This document shows, piece after piece, positions 40,974 to 51,289 of a DNA stretch of 64,000 nucleotides. The stretch is from Candidatus Borrarchaeum weybense. GTDB lineage: Archaea > Asgardarchaeota > Sifarchaeia > Borrarchaeales > Borrarchaeaceae. The notes under the pieces are model-generated. The model was not told the origin of the DNA, made no database searches, and was given only the letters and a program-made list of their open reading frames with translations. The position numbers and the translations under genes are program-made. Location: assembly GCA_019057385.1 (NCBI GenBank), contig JAHQJS010000004.1, positions 32,001 to 96,000 on the forward strand. Direction: 5' to 3'. Within the stretch, counting starts at the first letter, position 1. Every line of letters begins with the position of its first letter.

Positions 40974-42743
40974 TCAAGATTTAACGAAAATATAGACTTC
41001 AGGAATCTCATAAACCTCTATAATTTTTGCTAATGTAATCTCTGGAAATATTTCTACCAGTGAAGCAAAATCTTTGTATTTTTCAGGTGTGTATCTACGA
41101 ATTAAAAAGACGCAAGTATTGTCTTCAATAAGATATCTACTTAATTCAGCGCCATTAAAGTAATCTGCTATATATCCACTACCATAAATACGTGGGTATA
41201 GGTCTTTAGCAATAAATTCAAATCCCCACTTTGGCATGGGGAAAATCACAGTATCGGCAGAATAGTTTTCCTGTTGTAAATACTCTATTGACTCCTGCCA
41301 GCCGTATCCAGACCATCGTGAATCAGTGATCTTCTTGAAATCCGAATGAATTTGAACTTCCCTGGGAGTGAGTATCAAAGCGCAACTAAAGAAAAGAGTA
41401 TATGAAACACAAATTGAAATGATGGCAAGGGAAATTATATTACTTGGAATACTAATCTTTATCCCTTTATCGTTAATTATCTCAGGCACTTTTTCTGAAA
41501 GTAGGGTTAGGCTAACACCCGCAGTTATACAGGCAGGAGGCACTATCGAAAGAATATATCCGGTAGCATGGTTATGAGGCCCCCAACTTGTAAATAATTC
41601 TACCAGAATCCATATGACTGGCAGCAGTTCGATTGTTTTTTTTCTTGAGAGAAGCAGACCTATACCTAAAATGAATAAGACAAAAATCAAAACGGTAAAC
41701 ATGTTTAGGAACCATGCTAATTGGTCTGCTAAGATTGTTGGAATTGTTAACACTCTTGAAATAAGACCAGAACTTGTTTGTGAAGTTGTTACTAAATTGG
41801 TTGCCCTAGTAGCAGCCGTCGTAGATGTGATGGAGATAATTCCAGAAGAAGCTCTATCTTTCATTAAATAAGCGGTATAAAGGCTAAAGTCACGTAGTGC
41901 AGCGAAATAGAGAAATGGATAATGAAAGATGATTGCCAAGATCGATGAGATCCAGAATGGAGCCTTCTTTAGATGTGATCGAATATCTTTTGATAGAAGG
42001 AGGTACAGAATGATTACTATGCCCACCTTTAAGCCTAATTGTTTTGCATCGACAGCTAATCCAAATAACACACCTCCTAGAAGTATTGAGATGATGTTAT
42101 CTTCCTTAAAGCCATAACTATAACAGAGAATCGCACCAGTAATGAAACAACTGACAACTGGATCTTGTAAGGCTAACCGTGAATAATAGATGTCATAAGG
42201 AATAATAGCAAAGATCAATCCAGAAACAAGACCGACTTTGCTTCCAAATAGAAGTTGTCCTAATTTATAGACAAAATAGACTGTAAGAATACCTGATATG
42301 GCGGAAACTACTCTTATTGCAAATAAATTAATACCAAAAAGATTGAATGATAGCGCATAGAGTATTGCAACTAATGCTGGCTTTCCAGCGAATCTGTATG
42401 TAATAAAGAGCCATCGAAAATCATCAAACGCAAATTCATTATATACAGCTTTGCCCCAGATTCCCCATGCGCCTTCATCTACAAAAATTGGAACCCAATT
42501 AGCCAAATTCCAAAGACGAAGAACAGCACCGAGTACTAGTATTAATATTAAACTCCATCTTTCGATTTTTAGAGATTTTAAATCGCTATAAAATTCAATT
42601 ACTGAAGATTTTGAAAGAATTGATTTGAAATCAGAAAAAATGACTCGTCTTTTATAGAATACATATAGACTGCTGACAAAAACAAGTAATGCAAAAATTG
42701 TATAGAGCATCGGCTTAAGAATTTCGCTTGGAATCTGACTCAA
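40974..42743 (-). CDS. GT-C (PMT_2/ArnT-like) membrane glycosyltransferase
   Basis: LRLWNL..FVDE, KP, SRLALQD. Confidence 0.85.
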   Translation of the reverse strand: MSQIPSEILKPMLYTIFALLVFVSSLYVFYKRRVIFSDFKSILSKSSVIEFYSDLKSLKIERWSLILILVLGAVLRLWNLANWVPIFVDEGAWGIWGKAVYNEFAFDDFRWLFITYRFAGKPALVAILYALSFNLFGINLFAIRVVSAISGILTVYFVYKLGQLLFGSKVGLVSGLIFAIIPYDIYYSRLALQDPVVSCFITGAILCYSYGFKEDNIISILLGGVLFGLAVDAKQLGLKVGIVIILYLLLSKDIRSHLKKAPFWISSILAIIFHYPFLYFAALRDFSLYTAYLMKDRASSGIISITSTTAATRATNLVTTSQTSSGLISRVLTIPTILADQLAWFLNMFTVLIFVLFILGIGLLLSRKKTIELLPVIWILVELFTSWGPHNHATGYILSIVPPACITAGVSLTLLSEKVPEIINDKGIKISIPSNIISLAIISICVSYTLFFSCALILTPREVQIHSDFKKITDSRWSGYGWQESIEYLQQENYSADTVIFPMPKWGFEFIAKDLYPRIYGSGYIADYFNGAELSRYLIEDNTCVFLIRRYTPEKYKDFASLVEIFPEITLAKIIEVYEIPEVYIFVKS

Positions 42744-42850
42744 ATTTAATCTCCTTTTTTGTAGAATTATATAACCTTCGTTAGTCTTGGCGGATTAAGT
42801 GCTATGATAATGAAGTACGAGTTTTTTAAATTTTTTCAGTTTGTCTCTTT

Positions 42851-44503
42851 TCACTCAACAAAGTAAATTAGAGTTCTTGGATTTTCAACTTTGTAAACTA
42901 ACTTAAAGTTTTCAGGGATGTCCATTTCAAAGTATAACTCTGGAAGGTATTCTCTTGAATCTGATTCCATTGAGTCTAATACAATGTAACTGACATTTGA
43001 TTTCAAAATCGCATTTTCCAAAGTTTGATTTAAATGAAATTTTGGAAATCCTAAAACCTCCAATCTAGAGAAATGATAAAACACTAATGGCTTTCGCGCT
43101 ATTACAACCGCTTCAGAGAGCGCATTATCTTTTAGCCACTCTGCAGCTTTTACATATTCTTCTGTTGCAGGAGAGGGTATAACTCCAAATTCGATTAACT
43201 GAGTTTCAATATTCGAATTGATATTTGTCAAAGGTTCTGATATGTTTAGGGAAAAAGTAGGATTAACAGCAATTAATGAAGAGAGCAAAAGAATACTGTA
43301 AATATTTATGGTAACAATAATGGTTAAAGAAAGTCCCCCTAGAATTCTTGAAAACTTAATTCTCTTTAAAACTAGGAAATCCCAATTTCTTTGTGAATTA
43401 TAAATTCTCGCTATTGATATAGCTGCAAATACTGAAATCAGCGGAATAAGTGGGATAAGATATCTCGGCAATCGCGAAGGAAACCATGCATAAAAGAAAA
43501 GATGCAAGATGAAATACAAGTAAATAAGAGAACTTTTTTCCTTTATACCTAAGAAATAGACACCAGGAATTGCAAAAATCAAGATCGTAATGGGTACTGC
43601 AAAGACAGCTACAACAGAGTAAAAAATCAAGCCCTCAAAAGGTCTTGAAAGAATTTCAAGAGCAGAATGTGTTTGAAAATACTCAAGCATATTAACGTCT
43701 GAATATTGATTTGATACACCACTTGACACTGGATCTCTCCATAATTCAAGAAAACCAAAACCCATAGGTGTACCAAACACAATGGTATTTCGCAAGAACC
43801 ATGGAAAGGTAATAATTAAAAAACCTATAATAACCCAAATAAAAGCGATAAGTAAGTCTCTGGTATATTTTCTTTTTATTATATTGAAAATTAGTATGAG
43901 ACTGTAGGCAAACAGTATTAAGATGCCTGCGTATCGACTTAGGTAAGCCAAACCTATAAACATCCCTCCTAAAAATTGATTTTGGATTTCCTTTTTGAAT
44001 AACAAGAAGTAAAACGCACATAATGTAAAAAATACGAAAATGGTTTCAGTCATTGGAATTCCAGAAAACAACCAAAGTACAGGATTTACTGCAACAAATA
44101 ATGCTGCGATGAGTCCTGAACGGTCATTGGACAATTTCTTGCCAATAAGGTAAACTGGAATCACTGTAAGACTACTTATTATTATCGAAGGAACAATTGC
44201 ACTTTGATAAGTGACTCCTCCAAGTAAATAAGCCCCGCCGATAATTAATGGGTAAATTGGCGGGACTTTTTCTTCTGGATGATCGAATAATGTATAGCCT
44301 AATCCATGGGAAAGATTTTCACCTAGTATCAGAATACGAATTACATCAGGGATAACTAACCCTACTAAAGGGTTCATTCCTAAACACAATATTCGTAAAA
44401 CCAATGCTAAGACAAAAATAATAAGTAAAATCTGAGTATTTCGTTCAAGGAATACTCTCTGAAGTATATCTTTGGTTTTCCTTATAACGGGAGCATACAC
44501 CAT
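42851..44503 (-). CDS. GT-C (PMT_2-like) membrane glycosyltransferase
   Basis: PPIYP, VNP, MTE, SRY, PWFLRN..FG, PRYLIP. Confidence 0.85.
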   Translation of the reverse strand: MVYAPVIRKTKDILQRVFLERNTQILLIIFVLALVLRILCLGMNPLVGLVIPDVIRILILGENLSHGLGYTLFDHPEEKVPPIYPLIIGGAYLLGGVTYQSAIVPSIIISSLTVIPVYLIGKKLSNDRSGLIAALFVAVNPVLWLFSGIPMTETIFVFFTLCAFYFLLFKKEIQNQFLGGMFIGLAYLSRYAGILILFAYSLILIFNIIKRKYTRDLLIAFIWVIIGFLIITFPWFLRNTIVFGTPMGFGFLELWRDPVSSGVSNQYSDVNMLEYFQTHSALEILSRPFEGLIFYSVVAVFAVPITILIFAIPGVYFLGIKEKSSLIYLYFILHLFFYAWFPSRLPRYLIPLIPLISVFAAISIARIYNSQRNWDFLVLKRIKFSRILGGLSLTIIVTINIYSILLLSSLIAVNPTFSLNISEPLTNINSNIETQLIEFGVIPSPATEEYVKAAEWLKDNALSEAVVIARKPLVFYHFSRLEVLGFPKFHLNQTLENAILKSNVSYIVLDSMESDSREYLPELYFEMDIPENFKLVYKVENPRTLIYFVE

Positions 44504-44631
44504 ATCATCACTATCTGTTGCCCATGAGATTTGACAAATAGCTTTAAGTGATTTTCGTATAAAACGTATCTAAATACTAACTGAAGTGAAATAATAGATC
44601 TCCTATTGGAAAATACGCTAACTTCCTACGG

Positions 44632-45915
44632 TTGTATATATCACAATATACAGAGGTTAAGAAAGTGAACATCTGTTTCATCACGTATCGTTTTCCACCA
44701 GATGTCACAGGAGGAGGAGAAATTTCAAATTATATTCTTATAAAAAATCTGGCAAATTTGAACCATAAAATAGTTGTAATCACAAGAAAACTCGATAATT
44801 TGAAGCCTCTAAAACAAGAAGATGGTATAGAAGTACAGCGTATAATCCCCGCGCCTTTTCCAGCTACAGGGTATCCTCTTGAGCCGTACTCTTTACTACT
44901 GGCGAAGAGGATAATATCATGTATAAAGAATAAGGATGTAGAACTAATTCATGCTTTAGATTTTAGAACTACACCTGGAGCAATAATTGCGAGCAAAATA
45001 TTAAGAAAACCCATTTTAGTTACAATAAGAAATTATTGGCCGATCTGCCCACGCCTAACTATGTTTATACCAGATCAAGGAGAATGTGATGAATGTGCTC
45101 CCTCATCTATAATAAAATGCCTACATAAATGGAAAACTGGGCTTCATCATTACATCTTTATGGTTTTGAGACGAATATTTCTCAAAAAGGCTAACAAAAT
45201 AATCTGTGTGAGTAAATATGTGAGAAATATTCTTTTTAAGACATTAAAAATCAACAAGAGTAAATTAGTAACGCTTTATAACATACCTAAATATCATAAA
45301 TTTGAATCATCCAGTAAATCTCAAACAAACCTCAGACAAGAATATGGATTTTCGGAAGAAGATTTCATTGTAGGATATGTAGGTCGAATTACTTTCGAAA
45401 AAGGAATCGAGTATCTCATCAAAGCATTCGCTGATATTGTAAAGATAACGGATCAAATAAAACTTGTGATCGCTGGAGATGGGAATAAAAAAACCGAACT
45501 ACAAGAACTTATGCAAGAATTAAAACTGAATAAATATGTTACTTTCACTGGATTTATCGCGCATGAAGATATCCCTTCATTTTATGAACTTTGTGATGTT
45601 ATTGTACTTCCTTCCATATGGGCTGAACCATTAAGTCGCGTTTTATTAGAGACATTTCATTTTGGTAAACCAGTGATAGCAACAAAAACTGGTGGAACCC
45701 CCGAAATCATAAGAGATGGCGAAAATGGGCTATTAGTAGAGCCAAAAAACTCTGAACAACTAGTAGATAAGATTTTATTTCTCTATAAAAACCCTGACGT
45801 ACTTAAACGGATTCAGGAAAAAGCCAAAAATCATTCAATCAAAAATTTGAATTCAAAAATTATGACAAAGAAATTCGTTAACATGTATGAAACAGTTCTC
45901 AGTAAGCATAGTTGA
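44632..45915 (+). CDS. GT4 glycosyltransferase; likely GTG start near 44665
   Basis: GGGE, NYWPICP, EPLSRVLLE. Confidence 0.92.
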   Translation: MYISQYTEVKKVNICFITYRFPPDVTGGGEISNYILIKNLANLNHKIVVITRKLDNLKPLKQEDGIEVQRIIPAPFPATGYPLEPYSLLLAKRIISCIKNKDVELIHALDFRTTPGAIIASKILRKPILVTIRNYWPICPRLTMFIPDQGECDECAPSSIIKCLHKWKTGLHHYIFMVLRRIFLKKANKIICVSKYVRNILFKTLKINKSKLVTLYNIPKYHKFESSSKSQTNLRQEYGFSEEDFIVGYVGRITFEKGIEYLIKAFADIVKITDQIKLVIAGDGNKKTELQELMQELKLNKYVTFTGFIAHEDIPSFYELCDVIVLPSIWAEPLSRVLLETFHFGKPVIATKTGGTPEIIRDGENGLLVEPKNSEQLVDKILFLYKNPDVLKRIQEKAKNHSIKNLNSKIMTKKFVNMYETVLSKHS

Positions 45916-45953
45916 TTATTTTCTATGCTTCTGCAGAATATACCATAAAATTG

Positions 45954-46151
45954 TCAGACTTCGACAATTTCACAACGCACACGCTTGAGAATCTCTTCCG
46001 CTACTTCTGGCGCTGCTTTCATAACATAAAGATACTTTGGTGTACGAATTTTTATCTTGACAATGTCTTTTAGTCTCTTAATACGTGCTTCAATGGCATT
46101 TTCGGAAAGTTTTAAGATTTCATCTGGGTCGGTAATTTGTTTTGGCAACAT
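45954..46151 (-). CDS. rpl38e: 50S ribosomal protein L38e
   Basis: PKQI, RIKR, VKIKIRT.KYLY; SD GAGGAG. Confidence 0.9.
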   Translation of the reverse strand: MLPKQITDPDEILKLSENAIEARIKRLKDIVKIKIRTPKYLYVMKAAPEVAEEILKRVRCEIVEV

Positions 46152-46182
46152 TATCTCCTCTTGATTTCTTTATGTCCTTATT

Positions 46183-46320
46183 TGGTGGGCGGGATGAGAT
46201 TTTCAGAAAGAGCAATAATCTCTCTTTTCCTTTGAACTCACGACTTCCAGATCCATACATCAAGTGTATGAATACTCCGCCGCGTGAGGGCGGCGTCATA
46301 GCCAGCTAGACCACCCGCCC
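46183..46320 (-). tRNA. tRNA-Val(CAC) with two introns (46245-46274 at 45/46; 46200-46230 at 59/60); CCA encoded
   Basis: GGGCGGG/CCCGCCC acceptor, CCGCC-CTCACGC-GGCGG anticodon arm. Splicing restores the AGGTC variable loop and TTCAAAT T loop (77 nt). Confidence 0.92.
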
Positions 46321-46336
46321 AAAGAATTATTGAATC

Positions 46337-46498
46337 TTATCCGGTTAATTCACGTTTTTTCCATCTAAGGTCCTTTGAACGACATCGCCGACATTTCTTT
46401 GCGCCAATAGGGTTTCTTGCATAGCATTTTCTACAAATCATGTGGTAAAGTAAGTGCTTCCTTGCGATTTCTCTCAGTTCTGGATCAGCTACCGGCAT
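46337..46498 (-). CDS. rpl40e: 50S ribosomal protein L40e (53 aa; absent from the ORF track)
   Basis: Manual translation MPVADPELREIARKHLLYHMICRKCYARNPIGAKKCRRCRSKDLRWKKRELTG; GGAG upstream. Confidence 0.95.
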   Translation of the reverse strand: MPVADPELREIARKHLLYHMICRKCYARNPIGAKKCRRCRSKDLRWKKRELTG

Positions 46499-46633
46499 TC
46501 ATTTGTCTCCTTTTCAATAAATTTCAAGTTTATAATTTTTTATGACACAATGCTGTCAAGTTTAGACTTTCATAGCTTTATAATCCTTTCGTTGAAGAAG
46601 TAAAGTCAAAATTTGAACCACAAAGAAGTTGTA

Positions 46634-47026
46634 TTATTCTTTAGGTTCTTTAAATTTAATGGATTCAGCGATTGAATCTATTTTCTCTTCCATAATTGCT
46701 AAATGGCGTACGATTTCGGTGATGTCCCTATCTGTGTTTACTCTTGAGAGATATAGTTCATATGAAGTGAAAAACAAAATTATAACACCTAAAATAAGAG
46801 CTGCATTTAAAGGCAACTCGGTCATAAATATAACACTTAAAAACTCAAACATAAGTGGTTCAAATGAAATGAGGATCATGGAAGCTAAAAGCAAAATCCA
46901 TATAAAGATCCAAAACAGCATTCCTCCAAGTCCAATTCTCTTACGATAAAACTGCCGCAATGTATGTATCACTAAAATGATCGCTGTTATTGCTGCAATT
47001 ATTTGAATACTACGAAAAACAACCAT
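46634..47026 (-). CDS. DUF2304-like membrane protein (GT2 accessory)
   Basis: Three TM segments, W..W, ITEIVRHLAI tail; divergent from a DPM-like GT2. Confidence 0.75.
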   Translation of the reverse strand: MVVFRSIQIIAAITAIILVIHTLRQFYRKRIGLGGMLFWIFIWILLLASMILISFEPLMFEFLSVIFMTELPLNAALILGVIILFFTSYELYLSRVNTDRDITEIVRHLAIMEEKIDSIAESIKFKEPKE

Positions 47027-47105
47027 TTAGCAACACCTAAGTTTTATCATGTTCGTTGATGGTTTTCTTAAAAATCTTTTATTAAAAATTCGGTTTAAAA
47101 TTTAG

Positions 47106-47813
47106 TTGGTATTTATGATCCCAAATCCCAATTCTAAATCTTCTCTTTCAATTGTTATTCCAGCGTTCAATGAAGAACAATCCCTTAGAGAAGTACTTGA
47201 TGCGATTTCAGTCGATATTCAACATGAGGTCATAGTTGTAGATGATGGATCCACTGATAATACATTTTCAGTAGCAAAAGAGTATCCTTATGTTAGGTCT
47301 GTACATCATATCCTTAACCGAGGCTATGGCGCTGCTGTTATCACCGGTTTTAGAATTGCGAAAGGTGATATCATCGTTACTATTGATGCTGACGCACAAA
47401 ATGATCCTAAAGAAATCCCTGAAATTATAAAACCAATTATATTGGGTGAAACTGATGTAGTTATAGGTTCTAGATATCTTAATGAATCTAATGATCTTAA
47501 TATCTCTCTAATTAAACGAATTGGAGAAAAATTCATTACTTTTGTACTGAGAAAAAAGTATGGACATAAGATTACTAATTCTCAAAGTGGATTTAGAGCG
47601 TTACGGAAAAATGTGTTAAAAGAAATTTTACCATTAACAGAGGATCGTTTTGGCTTTAATACAGAGTTTTTAACTCGGGTTCTCGGTTCAGGGTTTAAGG
47701 TTTTAGAAGTTCCAAAAAAAGAAGTTGAACGAAAACATGGTAAATCTAAAATAAAAGTATTTAGAGACGGTCTTAGAATTGTATATGCCCTTATTAAGTC
47801 AATTCTTGAATAA
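47106..47813 (+). CDS. GT2 polyprenol-phosphate glycosyltransferase (DPM1-like)
   Basis: PAFNEE, DDGSTD, DADAQNDP, GSRY, R.HGKSK. Confidence 0.92.
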   Translation: MVFMIPNPNSKSSLSIVIPAFNEEQSLREVLDAISVDIQHEVIVVDDGSTDNTFSVAKEYPYVRSVHHILNRGYGAAVITGFRIAKGDIIVTIDADAQNDPKEIPEIIKPIILGETDVVIGSRYLNESNDLNISLIKRIGEKFITFVLRKKYGHKITNSQSGFRALRKNVLKEILPLTEDRFGFNTEFLTRVLGSGFKVLEVPKKEVERKHGKSKIKVFRDGLRIVYALIKSILE

Positions 47814-47828
47814 AAGAGCTGAATACGC

Positions 47829-49127
47829 GTGAACTTTTTCAAATTTCGTTTTCAAATGAAATACACACTTCTAATTCTGATTCTAATTATTCTACTTGGT
47901 TTAATAATTCGTATGATAAATTTAACCGGTCCGCCTGTCTGGGATGAAGCATATTATATTGTACATTCAGAAGAAATAAAACTAAATCCTTTCAAACATC
48001 CCACTTGGGGAGGACATCCACCATTATACGCTTATCTGCTTTTTTGTGTTCATCTTATCTTTGGCTCGTCAATCATAGCTTATAGAATGTTATCAGTGAT
48101 TCTTGGGACCTTAACCATAATTTTAGTCTTTTATTTTGGAAAAATGCTTTATAATGAAACAATTGGCATATTTGCAGCCTTTATATTGAGTTTATTCCCG
48201 CCACATGTCATAATGAGTCGTCTCATAATGATGGATGTTGTCCTTGCTTTTTTTGGCACTTTAGCGCTATATGGCTATTATGCTGGCGAAATGAATAACT
48301 CTCGTAAATTAATGATTTTGGGGGCATTTTCAAGCATTTGTGCAATCTTGTCAAAGGAGCCAGGGATTTTAATCCCAATGATCTTTGTCATTTGGTGCCT
48401 CATTCAAAGAAGGTTTTCGTTCTACAATGCTCTAACGATTATCCCTCCCTATTTTGTATACGCCATTTGGAAGATTTGGGCGTTGTTAGCCGACTATCGC
48501 TATTCTGCTCACGGCGTGGATTATACAATATTAGATTTGATTACCCAACAGGCTCAATTCGAATCATTACCAATTAGCTATGTTAAAATATTCGGAGAAG
48601 ATTACCTTCTCTTATTTTTTATTATATTATTAATTGCAACATACGCGTTCCGTATCAGAATTCAAAACAGAACTACTTTCAATATTCTGCTTCCCATAAT
48701 CCTCATAGTACTTCTAGGGCTCCCACTTGGATTCTATTTGATACAAGAATTTGTTTCCATTCCTCCCACTACAAGTATTGTAGATCTCATTGCATTATCC
48801 TTGTGCATCTGTTTTTGGGGACTTTTTACTCTTTATAGTTTGCAAGAGAATGGCAACGAAAAATTTTTACTCATTTGGAGTCTTTTCTGGCCAATTGTGT
48901 TTATGCTAAATCCAAAAGTCAGTTGGCAATATCTACTTCCTATCTCTCCTGTCTTAGCTATTCTTATTGGTAAAGAATTGTTATTTTCTTTTACAAAAAA
49001 TTGGAGTTGGAAGTTATTTGGCGTTACAACTCTCTCTGGGAGCATCTATCTATATATTATGTATGCATTTACATCGTATCTTATATTTTCACAAAATGAT
49101 CTTTTGACGTTCCTTTTTGCATTCTAA
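47829..49127 (+). CDS. GT-C (PMT-like) membrane glycosyltransferase
   Basis: WDEAYY, HPPL, SRLIMMD, SK. Confidence 0.88.
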   Translation: MNFFKFRFQMKYTLLILILIILLGLIIRMINLTGPPVWDEAYYIVHSEEIKLNPFKHPTWGGHPPLYAYLLFCVHLIFGSSIIAYRMLSVILGTLTIILVFYFGKMLYNETIGIFAAFILSLFPPHVIMSRLIMMDVVLAFFGTLALYGYYAGEMNNSRKLMILGAFSSICAILSKEPGILIPMIFVIWCLIQRRFSFYNALTIIPPYFVYAIWKIWALLADYRYSAHGVDYTILDLITQQAQFESLPISYVKIFGEDYLLLFFIILLIATYAFRIRIQNRTTFNILLPIILIVLLGLPLGFYLIQEFVSIPPTTSIVDLIALSLCICFWGLFTLYSLQENGNEKFLLIWSLFWPIVFMLNPKVSWQYLLPISPVLAILIGKELLFSFTKNWSWKLFGVTTLSGSIYLYIMYAFTSYLIFSQNDLLTFLFAF

Positions 49128-49176
49128 ATTTGACATCCTCTTTACTCTATAGGATCGGAGATCCACGGCTTTGCAA

Positions 49177-50952
49177 TCAGGTTAAATAGTCTTGTTTAAT
49201 TCTCTTTACGAAATTGTATATCAAATAACACATTGGAAGGCTGAAAATAATATAATAAAATACGGGAACCTGTAAAAAAGAATTATAGTAAAAGAAACCA
49301 GGGATATGAATGCCAATATATCTTAGTGCATCTAGAAAAGGCAAAATTCTCCCTCCCTTGTAAGCATAGTTGAATATATTAGCATATATGTTTGTTAAGA
49401 TAGCTCCTAATCCAGAAACAACTCCAAAGGCTAAACATAAGCCTCTTATTATTTCTAATACTTTTAGATTAACGGAATAATACCTTAGTACTATATAGGT
49501 CATTACTAAAAGAAGTGTAGTTATTGCCAAGTTGTGATTTATTTGATTAAGTTGTGTCCGGTTCATACTTGCTATTAGATCTATACTATCGTATGAGTGA
49601 AAGAGTACTTGTACTAACGTCTTCTCAACATATATCGCATATAAATTTCCACCTACAAGGCCTGCTATAATACCAAGATTTACTTTACGTGTCAATCCTT
49701 CTTTTAAGAGATTTTCAATAAATGCACCACTTGATAAACAAAGAAATGGTATCAATCCCATAAAATATCTAACATTAAAACAATATCCTAGTGGTGAGGA
49801 TGTTACAAGCGATCCCCATCTGTAAGATGATCCATAAAATAAAACAATAATTAAAAATGTGAGTATGAGCATTTTTGATTCTTGTGGTTTCTTTCTATAA
49901 AGATAAACAACACCTGGTAAAGAAAAAACCAAAAAAGGTGACGATTCAATTAAAGAAGAATGAAAAACATGACCCCACGGTGTATCTTTGTAAATATACA
50001 CGATTAACATATTCCATAGAGCGTATGGGAGGTTCTCTACTTCAAATAATGCTAAACTAGATTCATTAACTGGACGCGCAATTCCACTAAAACTATAGGG
50101 GGTTGTAAATGGATTGCCAAATGCCACATAATGATAAACAAAAACAGGAATGCTTGTAATACACGCTGTACTTAAAAATATCATAAGATTTCTAAAATTC
50201 CTTTTTTTTAAATTTTCAGGCATCAATGATATGTACACAGCTATGGGAATACCATAAAGCACTTCATCATACCGTACCATGAAAACAATTCCCAAACTCA
50301 TTGCAGAGATAAACAAATACCGTAATTTTTTGTTTTCTCTGAAGAGGAAGACGGAATATATCGAAAGGGTCACAAAGAATAAGGAAGTTGTGTGATTCCA
50401 TATCTTTACTGCATATTCGATCACAAAAGTTCCAAAAATAAATAATATTGACCCCACACTCGCGGTAAGTTCACTAAACATCTTTCCCAACTTAAAAACC
50501 AAAAAAGCAGTAAGTGCGAAGAAAAGTATGCTTGTAAATTTTATTCCTACTTTTCCTGACCCACCTAATGCTTTAAACAATAGATAAAATGGAACTGCAA
50601 TGAATTGATAGCCTGGTGCGCGTCCGCTGTAACATTGTTGATTATAACATACTGAGCCGAGAAAATATTCATGGGAACTAATCTTTCCTGATTCTGCGAC
50701 TAACATAATAAAAATATAATAGTCCGTATTATCCCAACTGAATTCATACGCCCCATCTGTAACAAATAGCAACCCTAAAATAAGTGAAATCGCAAAAAAA
50801 CTGATTGCCTTTTCATTAGAACTAGTTCTTTCCCAAATGATCTTCAAAATGGTATATATCTTATCTAGGTAATTTAATCTCTGTTTAAAAAACAGAGTAA
50901 GTGGTACCATCAATATTAGCAAAGCAAGGGTAATGTACAGAGGGATTAACAA
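49177..50952 (-). CDS. GT-C-type membrane glycosyltransferase
   Basis: APGY, WNH, VRY, FGNPF, RYF. Confidence 0.75.
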   Translation of the reverse strand: MLIPLYITLALLILMVPLTLFFKQRLNYLDKIYTILKIIWERTSSNEKAISFFAISLILGLLFVTDGAYEFSWDNTDYYIFIMLVAESGKISSHEYFLGSVCYNQQCYSGRAPGYQFIAVPFYLLFKALGGSGKVGIKFTSILFFALTAFLVFKLGKMFSELTASVGSILFIFGTFVIEYAVKIWNHTTSLFFVTLSIYSVFLFRENKKLRYLFISAMSLGIVFMVRYDEVLYGIPIAVYISLMPENLKKRNFRNLMIFLSTACITSIPVFVYHYVAFGNPFTTPYSFSGIARPVNESSLALFEVENLPYALWNMLIVYIYKDTPWGHVFHSSLIESSPFLVFSLPGVVYLYRKKPQESKMLILTFLIIVLFYGSSYRWGSLVTSSPLGYCFNVRYFMGLIPFLCLSSGAFIENLLKEGLTRKVNLGIIAGLVGGNLYAIYVEKTLVQVLFHSYDSIDLIASMNRTQLNQINHNLAITTLLLVMTYIVLRYYSVNLKVLEIIRGLCLAFGVVSGLGAILTNIYANIFNYAYKGGRILPFLDALRYIGIHIPGFFYYNSFLQVPVFYYIIFSLPMCYLIYNFVKRIKQDYLT

Positions 50953-51060
50953 ATCAATAAAGCCTCCATTAGGGCATCAAAATTCACTGTTTCCATTATA
51001 AATATTTGTGATAGTTGTTACAATTCATTTCTGCAACAAATCTGTTTATAATGATACTCA

Positions 51061-51238
51061 ATCTCTTAGGAGAAAATACGCTAGCACTCTACCAAACAGA
51101 GATTTAAAAATTAAACATCTGTTTTATTAATATCGCTTTCCTCTAGATGTTACGGCAGGAGGAGTACTTTCAGACTATGTCTTTATAAAAAGACCTGCAA
51201 ATTTGAACCACGAAGTAATTGTACTTAAAAAATTGTAA
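51061..51238 (+). pseudogene. Degenerate copy of the 5' end and upstream region of the GT4 gene at 44632
   Basis: NICFI/YRFPLDVTAGGVLSDYVFIKRPANLNHEVIV versus NICFITYRFPPDVTGGGEISNYILIKNLANLNHKIVV; shared upstream GAAAATACGCTA. Confidence 0.8.
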
Positions 51239-51289
51239 GTAGTAAATAACTGATTTTCAGTCCCAGGCGCATATCGACGATTTTATGTT

